A program made the translations under genes and the position numbers. The notes under the pieces are model-generated. The model was not told the origin of the DNA. It worked only from the letters and a program-made list of their open reading frames with translations, and searched no databases. Source: an uncultured Actinomycetota bacterium (GTDB lineage Bacteria > Actinomycetota > Actinomycetes > Mycobacteriales > Nakamurellaceae). From it: DNA of 64,000 nucleotides. The DNA is taken from contig CAVOIW010000004.1 of the NCBI GenBank assembly GCA_963695865.1, forward strand, positions 295,320-359,319. Reading direction: 5' to 3'. Shown here piece after piece: positions 31,178 to 41,105 of the stretch; the first letter of the stretch is position 1; every line of letters begins with the position of its first letter.

Positions 31178-31462
31178 ATGACCAAGGCACCACAACCGAT
31201 CGACCATCTGTTCACCGCGGCGATCGAGAAAGACGGCTCGTACGCCACTTACGTGACCGTGCCCGGCTCGGCGGAACTGTTCGGAACGAGGCGACCCGTG
31301 AAGGTCGCCGGCACGATCGACGGGCACCAGTTCACCGCGACGCTGATGCCGTCGGGCACCGGTCCGCACTGGCTGCCGCTCAAAGCGGCGCTGTGCAAGG
31401 CAATCGGCAAGGACAAGGCCGGCGAAGAAGTAGCCTTTCATCTCGAGCAACGGCTGAGCTGA
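31178..31462 (+). CDS. DUF1905 domain protein
   Basis: ATG 31178 after ggaggaggga. MTKAPQPIDHLFTAAIEKDGSYATYVTVPGSAELFGTRRPVKVAGTIDGHQFTATLMPSGTGPHWLPLKAALCKAIGKDKAGEEVAFHLEQRLS is a typical DUF1905 sequence. Confidence 0.75.
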   Translation: MTKAPQPIDHLFTAAIEKDGSYATYVTVPGSAELFGTRRPVKVAGTIDGHQFTATLMPSGTGPHWLPLKAALCKAIGKDKAGEEVAFHLEQRLS

Positions 31463-32621
31463 ACCACCGGAAGTAGGTTACGAATTCAATTCCGGAGCGT
31501 TGATCGTCGGCTTGTGCGCTCTGGTGGAGTCGGCACTCGGAGCGCCGCCCTGAAAGCCCTTTGCGGACTGCTTCGAAGATTGCTGAGCCCTGGCCCACCA
31601 GTGAAGCGGCGATCTCGCCCAGTCCGTCCGCACCGTTCAGCACCGTGACGTTGGCGTTGTTCAGGCCCGTGGCGGCCGATTTCACGATATCGGGCAGCTG
31701 CTCGATCAACATCCGGTCGAGGGCGACGCGGTTGTTCGAGGCAGCGGCGGCCGCGAGCATCTTGATCCGCTCTGCCTCTGCTGCGGCCAGGATCGTGGTC
31801 TTCTGGGCTTCGGCCTGAGCCGGTTTGACCACCTCTGCGACCAGCTGTTGTTCCCGCAGTTCGGCATTGCGCTCCGCCACGTCTTTCTGCGCCTGGAGCA
31901 CCTCCAGTTGGGCCTGTGCCATCGACAGCGGTCCAGCCTGGGCGGCCGCGGCCTGCGCACGGTCCACCTCAGCCTTGTACTGCGCCTGGACGATGGTCGT
32001 CTGCCGCTGGTACTCGGCCTGCTTGCGCAGAGAGTCCTGCTCGGCCTGCGCCGCCATCTGGTTGGCGTTGGACTGGGCGATCGCGGCGGCCTGCTGGATG
32101 GCCGCGTTGTGTGGAGCGGACATGGCGAGGATGTAGCCCAGTCGACCGTCGTCGATCGACTGGATCTGTAGGGCGTCGACCGTCAGTCCGATCTTCGCCA
32201 TCTCCTCCTTCGATCCGTCCAGTACCTCGGAGGCAAGCTTCTGCCGCTCGGTGACGATCTCCTCGACGGTCATCGAGCCGATGATGGAGCGCAGGTGCCC
32301 GGCGAAGATGCGGCCGGTCAGGACCGACATCTGGTCCTGGTCGGACAGAAACCGCTGGCCGGCGGAGACGATGGACTCGATGTCGCTGCCGACCTTGAAC
32401 GCGATGACGGCCTTGACGTTGAGCGCGATGCCCTGCCGGGTGACACACGTTTCCTGGACCTCGGATTCGGTCATGGCCAGGGACAGCAGGTTGGCCCGCC
32501 GGAACAGCGGAACGACGAACGCGCCGTGCCCCACCACGACGCGAAACGGCGCACCGGTGCTGGACCGGCCACCGGAGATCAGTAGCGCTTCGTCAGGGTC
32601 AGGGACGCGGTAGCCGAACAT
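31380..32621 (-). CDS. SPFH / band-7 (flotillin-like) protein. The 3' end is uncertain.
   Basis: ORF 31380..32621 (413 aa): MFGYRVPDPDEALLISGGRS...FRVVVGHGAFVVPLF...IALNVKAVIAFKVGSD... followed by a long Ala/Gln-rich coiled coil. As listed, the last 27 codons overlap the convergent DUF1905 gene by 83 bp. A +1 shift near 31530 (extra g in tcaggg) would instead end the protein ...KGLSGGAPSADSTRAHKPTINAPELNS at TAA, complement of 31478-31480. Confidence 0.8.
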   Translation of the reverse strand: MFGYRVPDPDEALLISGGRSSTGAPFRVVVGHGAFVVPLFRRANLLSLAMTESEVQETCVTRQGIALNVKAVIAFKVGSDIESIVSAGQRFLSDQDQMSVLTGRIFAGHLRSIIGSMTVEEIVTERQKLASEVLDGSKEEMAKIGLTVDALQIQSIDDGRLGYILAMSAPHNAAIQQAAAIAQSNANQMAAQAEQDSLRKQAEYQRQTTIVQAQYKAEVDRAQAAAAQAGPLSMAQAQLEVLQAQKDVAERNAELREQQLVAEVVKPAQAEAQKTTILAAAEAERIKMLAAAAASNNRVALDRMLIEQLPDIVKSAATGLNNANVTVLNGADGLGEIAASLVGQGSAIFEAVRKGLSGRRSECRLHQSAQADDQRSGIEFVTYFRWFSSAVARDERLLLRRPCPCRLPCTAPL

Positions 32622-32720
32622 GTGGGCTCCTTCTGCTTGCGGGATGAGTCATGGGATGAATGGAGCCGAAAGGATTCCGCCGGGTTTTCCGGCGGAGGAA
32701 CGAACCGGGTCGGAAGCCCT

Positions 32721-32942
32721 TCACTGCGGCAGCGGGAAGTCCGTCCAGGGCACAACTGTCACGTGCCGATGCGGCTTGACCTCAACGACCATCACCGTCT
32801 GACCGCGCTCGATGGGCGCATCGCTGTCGGCGATGTAGCACTCCCGGACGCCGCCGATGGTCAGCATCACTTCTCCGGAGCCTTTGCTGCCCCGGATCGC
32901 GACGAGCACTTTGCCCACCGCGCCGATCGTCCCGTCAGTCAT
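32721..32942 (-). CDS. NfeD-like protein containing only the C-terminal OB-fold domain (73 aa)
   Basis: MTDGTIGAVGKVLVAIRGSKGSGEVMLTIGGVRECYIADSDAPIERGQTVMVVEVKPHRHVTVVPW matches the NfeD C-terminal beta-barrel. It lies 100 bp upstream of the flotillin gene. An in-frame TAA 11 codons upstream of the ATG rules out the usual N-terminal transmembrane part in this frame. Confidence 0.65.
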   Translation of the reverse strand: MTDGTIGAVGKVLVAIRGSKGSGEVMLTIGGVRECYIADSDAPIERGQTVMVVEVKPHRHVTVVPWTDFPLPQ

Positions 32943-33091
32943 CTGGTGCCCTCTCGACCTACTACTCGCACCTTACGTTGCGGTGATCACCCGCAGGTAC
33001 CGATACGCGAACTGCCCCCGCTCGACATGATCGTCGAGCGGGGGCAGAAGGGTGCGCTGCCGTGCGGCCCGCGACGGGCCGCGGAACAGGT

Positions 33092-34195
33092 TCAGGACTG
33101 CCAGAAGTTCTCGGCCGCGCTGCTGTTCGAGTCGCCGTACCCGTAGCCGTAGGGATCGGTCCCGGTGCTGCCGTAGCCGTAGCCGTAGGGATCCGTTCCG
33201 GTGCTGTCGCCCGAGCCGTAGCCGTAGCCGTACGGGTCCGTTCCGGTGCTGTCGCCCGAACTGCCGTCGCCGTAACCCCACGGGTCACTCTGGGTGTCGC
33301 TCCAGCCTGGGTAACCCCAGCCGTAGGGCGTGGTCGTGTCGCCCAGCCCATCGCCGGAACCGGTGCTGCCAGAGCCGGTGCTCCCGGAGCCGTCGCCGAG
33401 CTGGGTCCAGCCGGAGGAGCCCTGACCGCTGACGTCCCGGCCACTCGTATCGGAACCGCTGCTGAGCCACTTGACGGCGAAGGTGTCACCGTTCGTGAGC
33501 TCGGAAACGCTCGCCATCGGGGTGCCGTCGGCGGCGACCATGGCGATCTTGCGGGCACTGTCGATGTCGCTGATCTTCTTCCCGTCGACCTGCACGTCGG
33601 AGAACGTCATGGTCTTGAAGTCGGCCAGCGGCAGGACGCTGTTGCCTTCCGTGGATCCCGAAGGTGCCTCGGCGATGATCTCCGCCGATGCGCCGGTGCC
33701 GGACGGCGACGAACCGGTCTCGGTCTTGGTCCAGTTCTGTGTGGTGTCGGTCAGCACCAGCTTGTACTGGTCACTGCCGGCCACCGAAACGACGGAGGCC
33801 TTGATCTTGTCGCCGGCCTTGACCGTGTTGGGCAGTGACACCGAATTCTCCGGGAAGAATTCGTACCAGGCGGAGTACGACGGCGTGCCTGAGTCGCAGT
33901 CGGACGAGGTCCCGGTCTGTTCGACCGAGCTGCTGCCGTCGCCGTCGAGGCCGACCCAATATGCCGAGTAGCTCGTCTCGCCCGGGGCGCAGGTGACGGA
34001 CGGCACCGTCCAGGAAGCAGAAACAGAGCTGTAGGTGCCGCCGGTCACGTCCCAGCCGGACCAGTCCGCGCTGGACTCGCCGTTGGGGGCCGCCGCCGCG
34101 TAGTTCACAGTTCCAGCCGCGTGCGCCGCCGGAACACCAACGGCGAAGAAGGCGACGGCCGCCGAACCCACCGCCAATGATTTGAGTGCTAACAC
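33092..34195 (-). CDS. Secreted peptidase G1 / A4 (eqolisin, scytalidoglutamic-peptidase-like) family protein with a C-terminal Gly/Tyr/Asp-rich repeat tail
   Basis: GTG is the complement of 34193-34195, after ggaggaatt. Signal peptide VLALKSLAVGSAAVAFFAVGVPAAHAAG. The mature domain contains YSAYWVGLDG...VEQTGT...YSAWYEFFPENS...SAEIIAEAP, matching the conserved eqolisin blocks (WxGxDG, QTG, AWYEW/FP, and AEWIVE with the catalytic Glu). The C-terminus is three tandem copies of (S)TGTDPYGYGYGSGD and ends ...NFWQS. Confidence 0.7.
   Translation of the reverse strand: MLALKSLAVGSAAVAFFAVGVPAAHAAGTVNYAAAAPNGESSADWSGWDVTGGTYSSVSASWTVPSVTCAPGETSYSAYWVGLDGDGSSSVEQTGTSSDCDSGTPSYSAWYEFFPENSVSLPNTVKAGDKIKASVVSVAGSDQYKLVLTDTTQNWTKTETGSSPSGTGASAEIIAEAPSGSTEGNSVLPLADFKTMTFSDVQVDGKKISDIDSARKIAMVAADGTPMASVSELTNGDTFAVKWLSSGSDTSGRDVSGQGSSGWTQLGDGSGSTGSGSTGSGDGLGDTTTPYGWGYPGWSDTQSDPWGYGDGSSGDSTGTDPYGYGYGSGDSTGTDPYGYGYGSTGTDPYGYGYGDSNSSAAENFWQS
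33128..33270. repeat. Tandem repeat of about 45 bp inside the peptidase gene, encoding TDPYGYGYG units
   Basis: Read directly on the plus strand: gccgtagccgtagccgtagggatccgttccggtgctgtcgcccga repeated about 3 times with small variations. Confidence 0.7.
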
Positions 34196-34312
34196 AATTC
34201 CTCCAGCTACTTTGCCGCCGCAACTCTTCGGCGGTCCTGTATCTATGGATACGGAGGCAAGATGTGAAAGGCCACGGCAGGAGCGGAACGACACCTATGA
34301 ACTCAGCCGGGC

Positions 34313-35551
34313 TCAGGACTTCCCGGTGAGACGCCGCTCCTTGATCGCCTTCGGCGTCGCGAACGCCGAGTAGCGCGGAACCCAGATTCCCAGCCCGGCA
34401 GCCGCCAGCACACCGATCGACCCGACTACCACGATGCCGGCGGCCAACGTGACGGCCGACGCCACCAGGGCCAACGCGACGGGTCCCGCCGCGTTTCCCG
34501 AATCACTGAGCAGGCGCCAGATCCCCAGGAACTTGATCCGGCCGGCGGTGGGCGCGGCATCGGCCCCGAGAGTCATCATGATTCCGGATCCGATGCCATT
34601 TCCGAAACTCATCACCATCGCGACGATGGTCAACGAGAGCGCACCGGTCGTCAGCGGGAGAGCCATCATCGCCAGGCCCAGGATCGTCATCGACGGCAGT
34701 GCGATCGCCAGGCGGCCGTAACGGTCCATCACCTTGCCCGAAGGATAGAACAGCGCCATGTCGACGGCGCTTGCGATTCCGAAGATGAGACTGGTCTGTG
34801 CTGCATCCAGGCCCAGATGTTCCGCCCACAGCGGCAGCACCACCTGCCTGGCCGCACGTACCGCGCCGACCGCGACGATCGCCAACCCGAGGGTGGCGAA
34901 CAACCGCCGATGGTCGGCGAGCATCTTGCGCGAACTGATAACACCCCGAACGGGGGTCGGGTGGCCAGCCGGCAGCGAGACGTCGGGGACCACCAGCAAC
35001 AGCACACCAGTGCCGAGGGCAGTGACCATGGCGACCACGTATGCGGCCCGGAGGTCGAACAGCGCGATAACCGCCGCCCCGATGAACGGGCCGATGAACA
35101 GACCGATCCGATGCGAGCCGCCGAGGGTCGACATCGCCCTGGCGCGAAGGCCTTCGGGAATGACCTCGGCCAGATACGACTGGCGGGCCAGATAGAACGT
35201 GGCGTTGGCCATCCCGATCAGAATCAGCGCCGCCCCGAGTACCAACAGGTCGGGCGCGAAGAAGCATCCCAGGAGACCGACGGCCGCCACACCCGCGGCC
35301 AGCATCATGGCCCGTCGATCCCCGATTCGATCGGCCAGTGCCGAGGCCGGGATGTCCCCGAGAATCTGTCCGACACCCAGCAGGGCGAGCATGAAGCCGG
35401 CCGTTCCTGGCGACGCACCGAGCTGCAGAGCGGTCAGCGCGATGACGGGAGCGGTGGCCCCGTTCCCGATCTCGTACACCATGGCCGGCAGGAACACCGA
35501 AGCCGCGATCGACTTCAGCGTCAGGGTCGACGGCGGATTCACGCGCTGCAA
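34313..35551 (-). CDS. MFS transporter
   Basis: Intact 412-aa ORF with 12 transmembrane segments. The start (TTG 35551 or GTG 35542) abuts the LacI stop. Confidence 0.85.
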   Translation of the reverse strand: MQRVNPPSTLTLKSIAASVFLPAMVYEIGNGATAPVIALTALQLGASPGTAGFMLALLGVGQILGDIPASALADRIGDRRAMMLAAGVAAVGLLGCFFAPDLLVLGAALILIGMANATFYLARQSYLAEVIPEGLRARAMSTLGGSHRIGLFIGPFIGAAVIALFDLRAAYVVAMVTALGTGVLLLVVPDVSLPAGHPTPVRGVISSRKMLADHRRLFATLGLAIVAVGAVRAARQVVLPLWAEHLGLDAAQTSLIFGIASAVDMALFYPSGKVMDRYGRLAIALPSMTILGLAMMALPLTTGALSLTIVAMVMSFGNGIGSGIMMTLGADAAPTAGRIKFLGIWRLLSDSGNAAGPVALALVASAVTLAAGIVVVGSIGVLAAAGLGIWVPRYSAFATPKAIKERRLTGKS

Positions 35552-36568
35552 CTACGACGCGCTGCTTTCCCGGTTGATGAGTTGGTGGGCGACGCGGACG
35601 TCTCGGGGCTTGACGTCGGTGCCCTGTACTCGATCGAGAAGCATGGTCAGCGCCGCTTTGGCGATGGCCGCCTTGTCCGGGCGGATCGAGGTCAGCGTGG
35701 GGATGGAAAAGCGGCTCTCGTCGATGTCGTCGAATCCGACGACCTTCATCTGTTTGGGAACGGGGATGCCGTGTTCGTGCAGCTCTCGGAGCGCCCCGAT
35801 GGCCAGTTCGTCGCTGAAGCAGAACAGCCCGTCCGGGGGGTCCGCAGCATCCAGGAGTTGTCGAATGGCCGGGGCCGCATCACTTCTGGTGTAACCGGGG
35901 GTTTGGATGTACAGCCCATCGTCGTGCAGTGCGCCCGCGGCGCGGAGTGCCGCACGATAGCCTTTGAGCCGTAACCGCGAGGTCTGGTCCGCGACAGTGG
36001 GGTTGCCGCCGATGGCCGCGATCCTCGTGCAACCGGACTGCAGCAGGTGGCGGGTGGCGTCGCCGGCTGCCTTGACGTTGTCGATGCCGACGTGGTCCAT
36101 CGCCGATGCCGCCGTGCGTTCGCCGAGTAGGACGATCGGGACGTTGGTACGGATGTTGGCCAAGGCCTTGCCGTGCAGGCCTTGCGAGCTCAGCAGGATG
36201 CCGTCGACCCAGCCGGACCTGGCGGCGACGTCGAGCAGCGCGAGTTCCCGGTCGGTCTGGCCGCCCGTCTCGTCGATCAGCACGGTGCAGCCCAGCGGGC
36301 TGGCATATTCGACCACCTCGTGGGCGATCTCACCGAAGTACGGCACAGCGATGAAAGGCAGTAGCAGGGTGATGTTTCCGGTCCGTCCCTGCCGCAGGCT
36401 TCTGGCCATCAGGTTCGGCTTGTAGTTCAGCTCGTCGAGCGAGGCCTGCACCTTGATCCGCATCTTCGCCGAGACGTAGGGGTAGTTGTTCACGACGTTC
36501 GACACCGTCCGCGGGGCAACGCCGGCGTGCAGGGCGACGTCGCGCAGGGTGACGGCCACGAGCATCAC
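35552..36568 (-). CDS. LacI family transcriptional regulator
   Basis: Intact 338-aa ORF. N-terminal HTH VTLRDVALHAGVAPRTVSNVVNNYPYVSAKMRIKVQASLDELNYKPNLMARSL, then a periplasmic-binding-protein-like sugar-binding domain. Confidence 0.9.
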   Translation of the reverse strand: MMLVAVTLRDVALHAGVAPRTVSNVVNNYPYVSAKMRIKVQASLDELNYKPNLMARSLRQGRTGNITLLLPFIAVPYFGEIAHEVVEYASPLGCTVLIDETGGQTDRELALLDVAARSGWVDGILLSSQGLHGKALANIRTNVPIVLLGERTAASAMDHVGIDNVKAAGDATRHLLQSGCTRIAAIGGNPTVADQTSRLRLKGYRAALRAAGALHDDGLYIQTPGYTRSDAAPAIRQLLDAADPPDGLFCFSDELAIGALRELHEHGIPVPKQMKVVGFDDIDESRFSIPTLTSIRPDKAAIAKAALTMLLDRVQGTDVKPRDVRVAHQLINRESSAS

Positions 36569-36602
36569 CTTCTCATACGTAAGCGGGCTATTCAGCCGGA
36601 AG

Positions 36603-38471
36603 TCATCCCGTCCAGCCGAAGGTGGAGCCGGGGGCTGGGTTTTCGCCGTCTTTGGCGCCGGTGACGATGTGGTGCAGCGTCGGGATGGAGAGCTTCGGGG
36701 TGCCGTCGGCGAAGAGCAGGCCGTTGGTCTCCTGTCCGGTGTCCATCAGCTGGGTGTAGCAGAATCCGCTGACCACGGGGCTGTCCCGAAGCGCCTCGAA
36801 CAGCTGCAGCACCAGCGCGGCATATTCGGAATCGGACTGGACTTCGGCGTATCCCCAGGCATCCCGGTCGGTGGCCAGTGATACTCCACCGAATTCGGTA
36901 ATCATCAGCGGCGCATCCCCGGACAGGAATGTGTTCAGTTGCTTGTCCCGCAGAATCGGGCGGCGGCCCTGGGCGCCGATGCCCAGCCGAAGATCATTGG
37001 TCACGGTCAGTTCGTTCGCGTAGCGGGCCCGCAAGATCTCCGGGTCGGTGGTGTAGTCGTGCAGGCCGAGGATGTCGCTGTCGACGTGTTCCCAGCCGTC
37101 GTTGGAGATGACGGGGCGGGACGGGTCGAGCGCGCGGGTCAGGCTGGCCAGGGCTTGAGCGTATTGCTGTGCGGCGGGGCTGGTCGCGATGTCCTGCACC
37201 CCCCAGCTTTCGTTCAACGGCACCCAGACCATCACCGACGGGTGGTTGCGGTCCCTGCGCACCAGATCGAGCCATTCCCTGACCAGTAATTCGATGGCAG
37301 CCGCGGAAAACTCGTACGCGGCTGCGGTCTCAGCCCAGACCAACAGCCCCAGCACGTCCGCCCAGTACAGGAAACGGGGATCTTCGGCCTTCTGGTGTGC
37401 GCGGACGGCATTGAAGCCCATCGCCTTGATCACCTCGACCTCGCCGCGGAGCTGGTCGGTCCCGGTGGACGCCCAATGGGTCTCGGGCCGGTAGCCCTGG
37501 TTGAGTACGGCCCGGACGTAGTACGGCTGTCCGTTGAGTTCGAACGCGCCCCGACCGACGCCCACACTGCGCAACCCGGTGTAGCTGGTCACCGCATCCA
37601 CCCGGTCGCCGGTGTGCCGGTCACGTAGGACCAACTCGATGTCGACCAGTGCCGGATGCTCAGGGGTCCACAGCAACCGGGCCCGATCCTGGCCGTTGCG
37701 CAGCGCGGCGATGGTCACGTCGATGCTGGTGCTCTTGTCCCGGACGACGATCGACTGCTCGGCCAGCACTTCCGCACCGAGGCGGAACGTCATGTCCAAC
37801 ACAAGGTCCCGGGACGGCGCCCGACTCAGCGTCACGCCGGCACGGACCACGCCTGCTTTCAGGTCGGATGTGAATGCCGTGTCGACCAAGTGGTCGGTCG
37901 GCACGGTTTCGGTCCACACGGGCTGCCAGATGCCGGTGGTCCGCTCGTACCAGATCCCGTGCGGACGGTCCTGCCAGTCCTGCTTCCCGCGAGGCTGGGC
38001 AAGATCGGCGGGGTCGTCCGCCGCCCGCACCACCAGCACGTGCTCGGCGGCGTCGGGGTCAAGGGCGTCGGTGACGTCTGCGGTGAACGGTGTCTGGCCG
38101 CCGACGTGGTCGGCGACGAGGTGACCGTCGCACCACACCCGGGCGTGATGGTCCACCGCTCCGAAATGCACGAGAACACGCGAATCCGGCGCAGCCGCCG
38201 CCGGTACCAGCGTGTCGTGCGACACCGTCCGGCGATACCAGACGATGGGATGGAACCCGACGTCACCGATCCCCGAGGCCGGGGACTCCGGGGGATAGGG
38301 CACCTCGATGGTCCGGTCGAAGCGATGGGCGTCGGCTGCTGCGAACCAGCGGGCGCGTGCGCCGTCATCCGCGTCGTCGTGCGCGAACTCCCACCTGCCG
38401 TCGAGGCTCGCCCACCCGGGCCGGACCATCGTCGGCCGCGGATACAAACCGTCCTGCTGCGTTGCGCTCAC
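36603..38471 (-). CDS. Glycoside hydrolase family 2 (beta-galactosidase / beta-glucuronidase / beta-mannosidase-like)
   Basis: Intact 622-aa ORF. GH2 sugar-binding, Ig-like and TIM-barrel regions are present (...WYRRTV..., NAVRAHQ, WVPLNESWG, ...MITEFGGVS...). Confidence 0.85.
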   Translation of the reverse strand: MSATQQDGLYPRPTMVRPGWASLDGRWEFAHDDADDGARARWFAAADAHRFDRTIEVPYPPESPASGIGDVGFHPIVWYRRTVSHDTLVPAAAAPDSRVLVHFGAVDHHARVWCDGHLVADHVGGQTPFTADVTDALDPDAAEHVLVVRAADDPADLAQPRGKQDWQDRPHGIWYERTTGIWQPVWTETVPTDHLVDTAFTSDLKAGVVRAGVTLSRAPSRDLVLDMTFRLGAEVLAEQSIVVRDKSTSIDVTIAALRNGQDRARLLWTPEHPALVDIELVLRDRHTGDRVDAVTSYTGLRSVGVGRGAFELNGQPYYVRAVLNQGYRPETHWASTGTDQLRGEVEVIKAMGFNAVRAHQKAEDPRFLYWADVLGLLVWAETAAAYEFSAAAIELLVREWLDLVRRDRNHPSVMVWVPLNESWGVQDIATSPAAQQYAQALASLTRALDPSRPVISNDGWEHVDSDILGLHDYTTDPEILRARYANELTVTNDLRLGIGAQGRRPILRDKQLNTFLSGDAPLMITEFGGVSLATDRDAWGYAEVQSDSEYAALVLQLFEALRDSPVVSGFCYTQLMDTGQETNGLLFADGTPKLSIPTLHHIVTGAKDGENPAPGSTFGWTG

Positions 38472-38679
38472 CGATGGCCCCTTCCGAGTGCTGCACGTCC
38501 TGTGCCGCGGCGCGCCGACTCAGCTTGGACCACATCGTGCACCGATGCAAGACCCGCCCACCTGCAGCGTCGACCACGAGCGGCGCAAACGGGGGCTATT
38601 TCGCTGGACCTATTGCCTCGATGCAAGAAATGTGTCAGGGTCGCCTGGTGTCGAAGACGTCACAGCGAAGGGACATGCC

Positions 38680-40030
38680 ATGACGGGATCTGTGTCACGC
38701 CGCCGTTTCCTCGCCGCCGGTGGTGGTCTGACCCTGGCCGGCCTATTGGCCGGCTGTGGCGGTCCCATTACCAGTGGCGTGACGGGTGCCCCGCCGAACA
38801 CCGCCGACGTGATTTATCTGGCACCTGTTCGGCGGTGGTGACGGCGCGAACATGAAGACCATGGTGAATGCGGTCCAGAAGTCCACCGGTCATTCGGTCG
38901 AGGCCACACTGCTTTCCTGGGGCAATCCCTATTACACAAAGCTGGCCCTGGCCGCCTCGAGCCAGCGACCCCCGGATGTGGGGATTTCCCACCTGTCCCG
39001 ACTCTCGCTGCTGGCCCAGGCCGGCCTGCTGGAGCCCATCCAGGATGTCGGCGCAACGGAGGCCGGAATCACCTCGGACAAATTCACTCCGGCGGCCTGG
39101 TCGAAGGCCACCGTGGAGGGCAAGGTATATGCGGTTCCGCTGGACACCCATCCGTTCGTCATGTACTACAACGCCGACCTGGCCAAGAAGGCCGGCCTGC
39201 TGAACGCCGCCGGTACCGACCTCAAGCCGCTCAATGGTCGGCAGGATTTCATCAACGCCCTCAAAGCCATGAAATCGGCCGGCGCCAAATTCGGCGCCGT
39301 CTCCTCCAACACCGCCGATCCGGCGACCAACTGGCGCCTTTTCATGACGTACTATTCCGGGCTGGCCGGGCCCATCGTCGAGGACCGGGGCACCCGGGTC
39401 ACCCTCGACCCGGCCGCGTGCGAAGAGACTTTCGCTTTCATGCAGAGCATGACCGGATCGCTCGGCCTGATGCCGCCGAGCGCTACGAGTACCACGGCGG
39501 GCACCTTGTTCGGTGGAGGTCAGTCCGGCTTCCTGTTCGACGGTGTCTGGCAGCTGCCGACCTATACCGGAACCACGCTACCCAACGGCAAGCCGCTGGA
39601 GTTCAACATCGTTCCGTTCCCGGCCATTCTCGGCACGCAAGCCTTATCGCCTACGCCGATTCGCATTCGCTTGGTCATCCCGGTCAGCCCGGGCCGGTCG
39701 GCCCAGCGGACAGCCGACGCCGTTGAATTCATCAAGGGGCTTCTGAACAACAGTCTCACCTGGTCCGGTGGCGGCCACGTTCCGGCATGGCTGCCGGTGC
39801 AGCGGAGCAAGGCATTCCTGCGCGAAAAGCCGCAGAGCAATTACATCCAGGCTGCGTTCAACGCCGTCTACGATCCACCCGCCTGGTACACCGGTGCAGG
39901 TTCGGATTTCCAGAATCAAATCGGATCCGTCATCAGCAGTGTGCAGGCCGGACAGATCACCCCGAAGGCGGGCGTGAGTGCCATGATCGCGAACCTGCAA
40001 ACCTTCTCCAAGACGCGGCCCCCCGTCTAG
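38680..40030 (+). pseudogene. Sugar ABC-transporter substrate-binding lipoprotein (Tat-type signal, lipobox LAGC), with one frame change near 38818
   Basis: Frame 1 from ATG 38680 reads MTGSVSRRRFLAAGGGLTLAGLLAGCGGPITSGVTGAPPNTADVIYL. After a +1 shift (extra c in tatctggcac) frame 2 reads WHLFGGGDGANMKTMVNAVQKSTGHSVEATLLSWGNPYYTKLALAASSQRPPDVGISHLSRL...KVYAVPLDTHPFVMYYN..., a CUT1-type SBP. Stop is 40028-40030. Confidence 0.75.
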
Positions 40031-40140
40031 CGGGAACGCCTCCGTGGGCGGAATCGACGGGGAGCGGTTCAACCGCAAGTCATCCCGGTGCAACACAACT
40101 TCAACACAACGTCCGGTGCAGTAGGAGCAGGAGCGGAACA

Positions 40141-41091
40141 ATGGCCACCACCACAGCGCCACCGATTGTCACCACGGATCGACAAGTAAACGGGACGGAG
40201 CGGACCGCCGCCTCCCGGGTCAACCGAGCAGGCTGGCTGTTCTCCACCCCATTCCTGGTGACGTACGTGCTGTTCCTGATCGGTCCGGTCATCATCGGTC
40301 TGGTCATCAGTTTCTTCAACACCGCAACAGTGACGCCCGGGTTGGGCGGCTGGGTCGGCGTGTCGAACTACAGGGAAGTGCTCACCAGTTCCGACTTCTG
40401 GGCGTCGATGTGGCATTCGGTGTTGTTCACCCTGCTGACCACACCACTGTTGGTGGTGCTGCCGTTGTTGTTCGCGATCCTCTGCGCGAGGATCGTGCGG
40501 CACCGGTGGTTCTTCCGGTTGGTTTTCTTCGCGCCGTACGTGGTGCCCTCGTCCGCGGTGTGTCTGATCTTCGCGTTCATGTACACCCCCGAGACGGGTC
40601 TGATCAGCAAGGCTTTCGGCTGGGTCGGGCTGACCGCGCCGAACTTCCTGGGCAGCGTCGGCGGAGCGTGGTTCGGCGTCACCCTGCTGACCCTGTGGTG
40701 GACGTTCGGGCTGAACTTCATTCTGTACACCGCAGGAATCCAGGACATCTCCGAAGAGGTGTACGAGGCATCGGCCATCGACGGCGCCTCGCCGTGGCAG
40801 CAGATCACGCGCATCACCGTGCCGCTGCTGCGGCCCACCATCGTGTTGGTGCTGATTCTGCAGATTCTGGCCTCACTCAAGGTGTTCGACCAGATCTACA
40901 TCCTGCTGGCCGGCGGTCCTGGCAACAAGACCCGGCCGGTCATCGAATACATCTACGACACGGGCTTCACGTCCTATCGAGGCGGTTACGCCGCGGCCGC
41001 GACGATGGTGTACCTCGTCGTACTGATCGTCATCGCTGCGGCGTGGGTTCTGCTGACCCGCCGCAGCGACACCGCGAACACCAACGCATAA
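40141..41091 (+). CDS. Sugar ABC-transporter permease (MalF/UgpA-like)
   Basis: ATG 40141 after ggagcaggagcgg. Intact 316 aa. EAA-loop region ASAIDGASPWQQITRITVPLLRP. Confidence 0.85.
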   Translation: MATTTAPPIVTTDRQVNGTERTAASRVNRAGWLFSTPFLVTYVLFLIGPVIIGLVISFFNTATVTPGLGGWVGVSNYREVLTSSDFWASMWHSVLFTLLTTPLLVVLPLLFAILCARIVRHRWFFRLVFFAPYVVPSSAVCLIFAFMYTPETGLISKAFGWVGLTAPNFLGSVGGAWFGVTLLTLWWTFGLNFILYTAGIQDISEEVYEASAIDGASPWQQITRITVPLLRPTIVLVLILQILASLKVFDQIYILLAGGPGNKTRPVIEYIYDTGFTSYRGGYAAAATMVYLVVLIVIAAAWVLLTRRSDTANTNA

Positions 41092-41105
41092 GGGAAGGCG
41101 ACACG

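Noticed and set aside
32962-33838. ORFs 32962..33558 (-), 33052..33432 (+) and 33062..33838 (+) over the peptidase repeat region
   Set aside because: These are alternative-frame readings of the Gly/Tyr repeat-encoding DNA (Arg/Pro/Thr-rich). The G1-peptidase frame is the one with signal peptide and conserved motifs.
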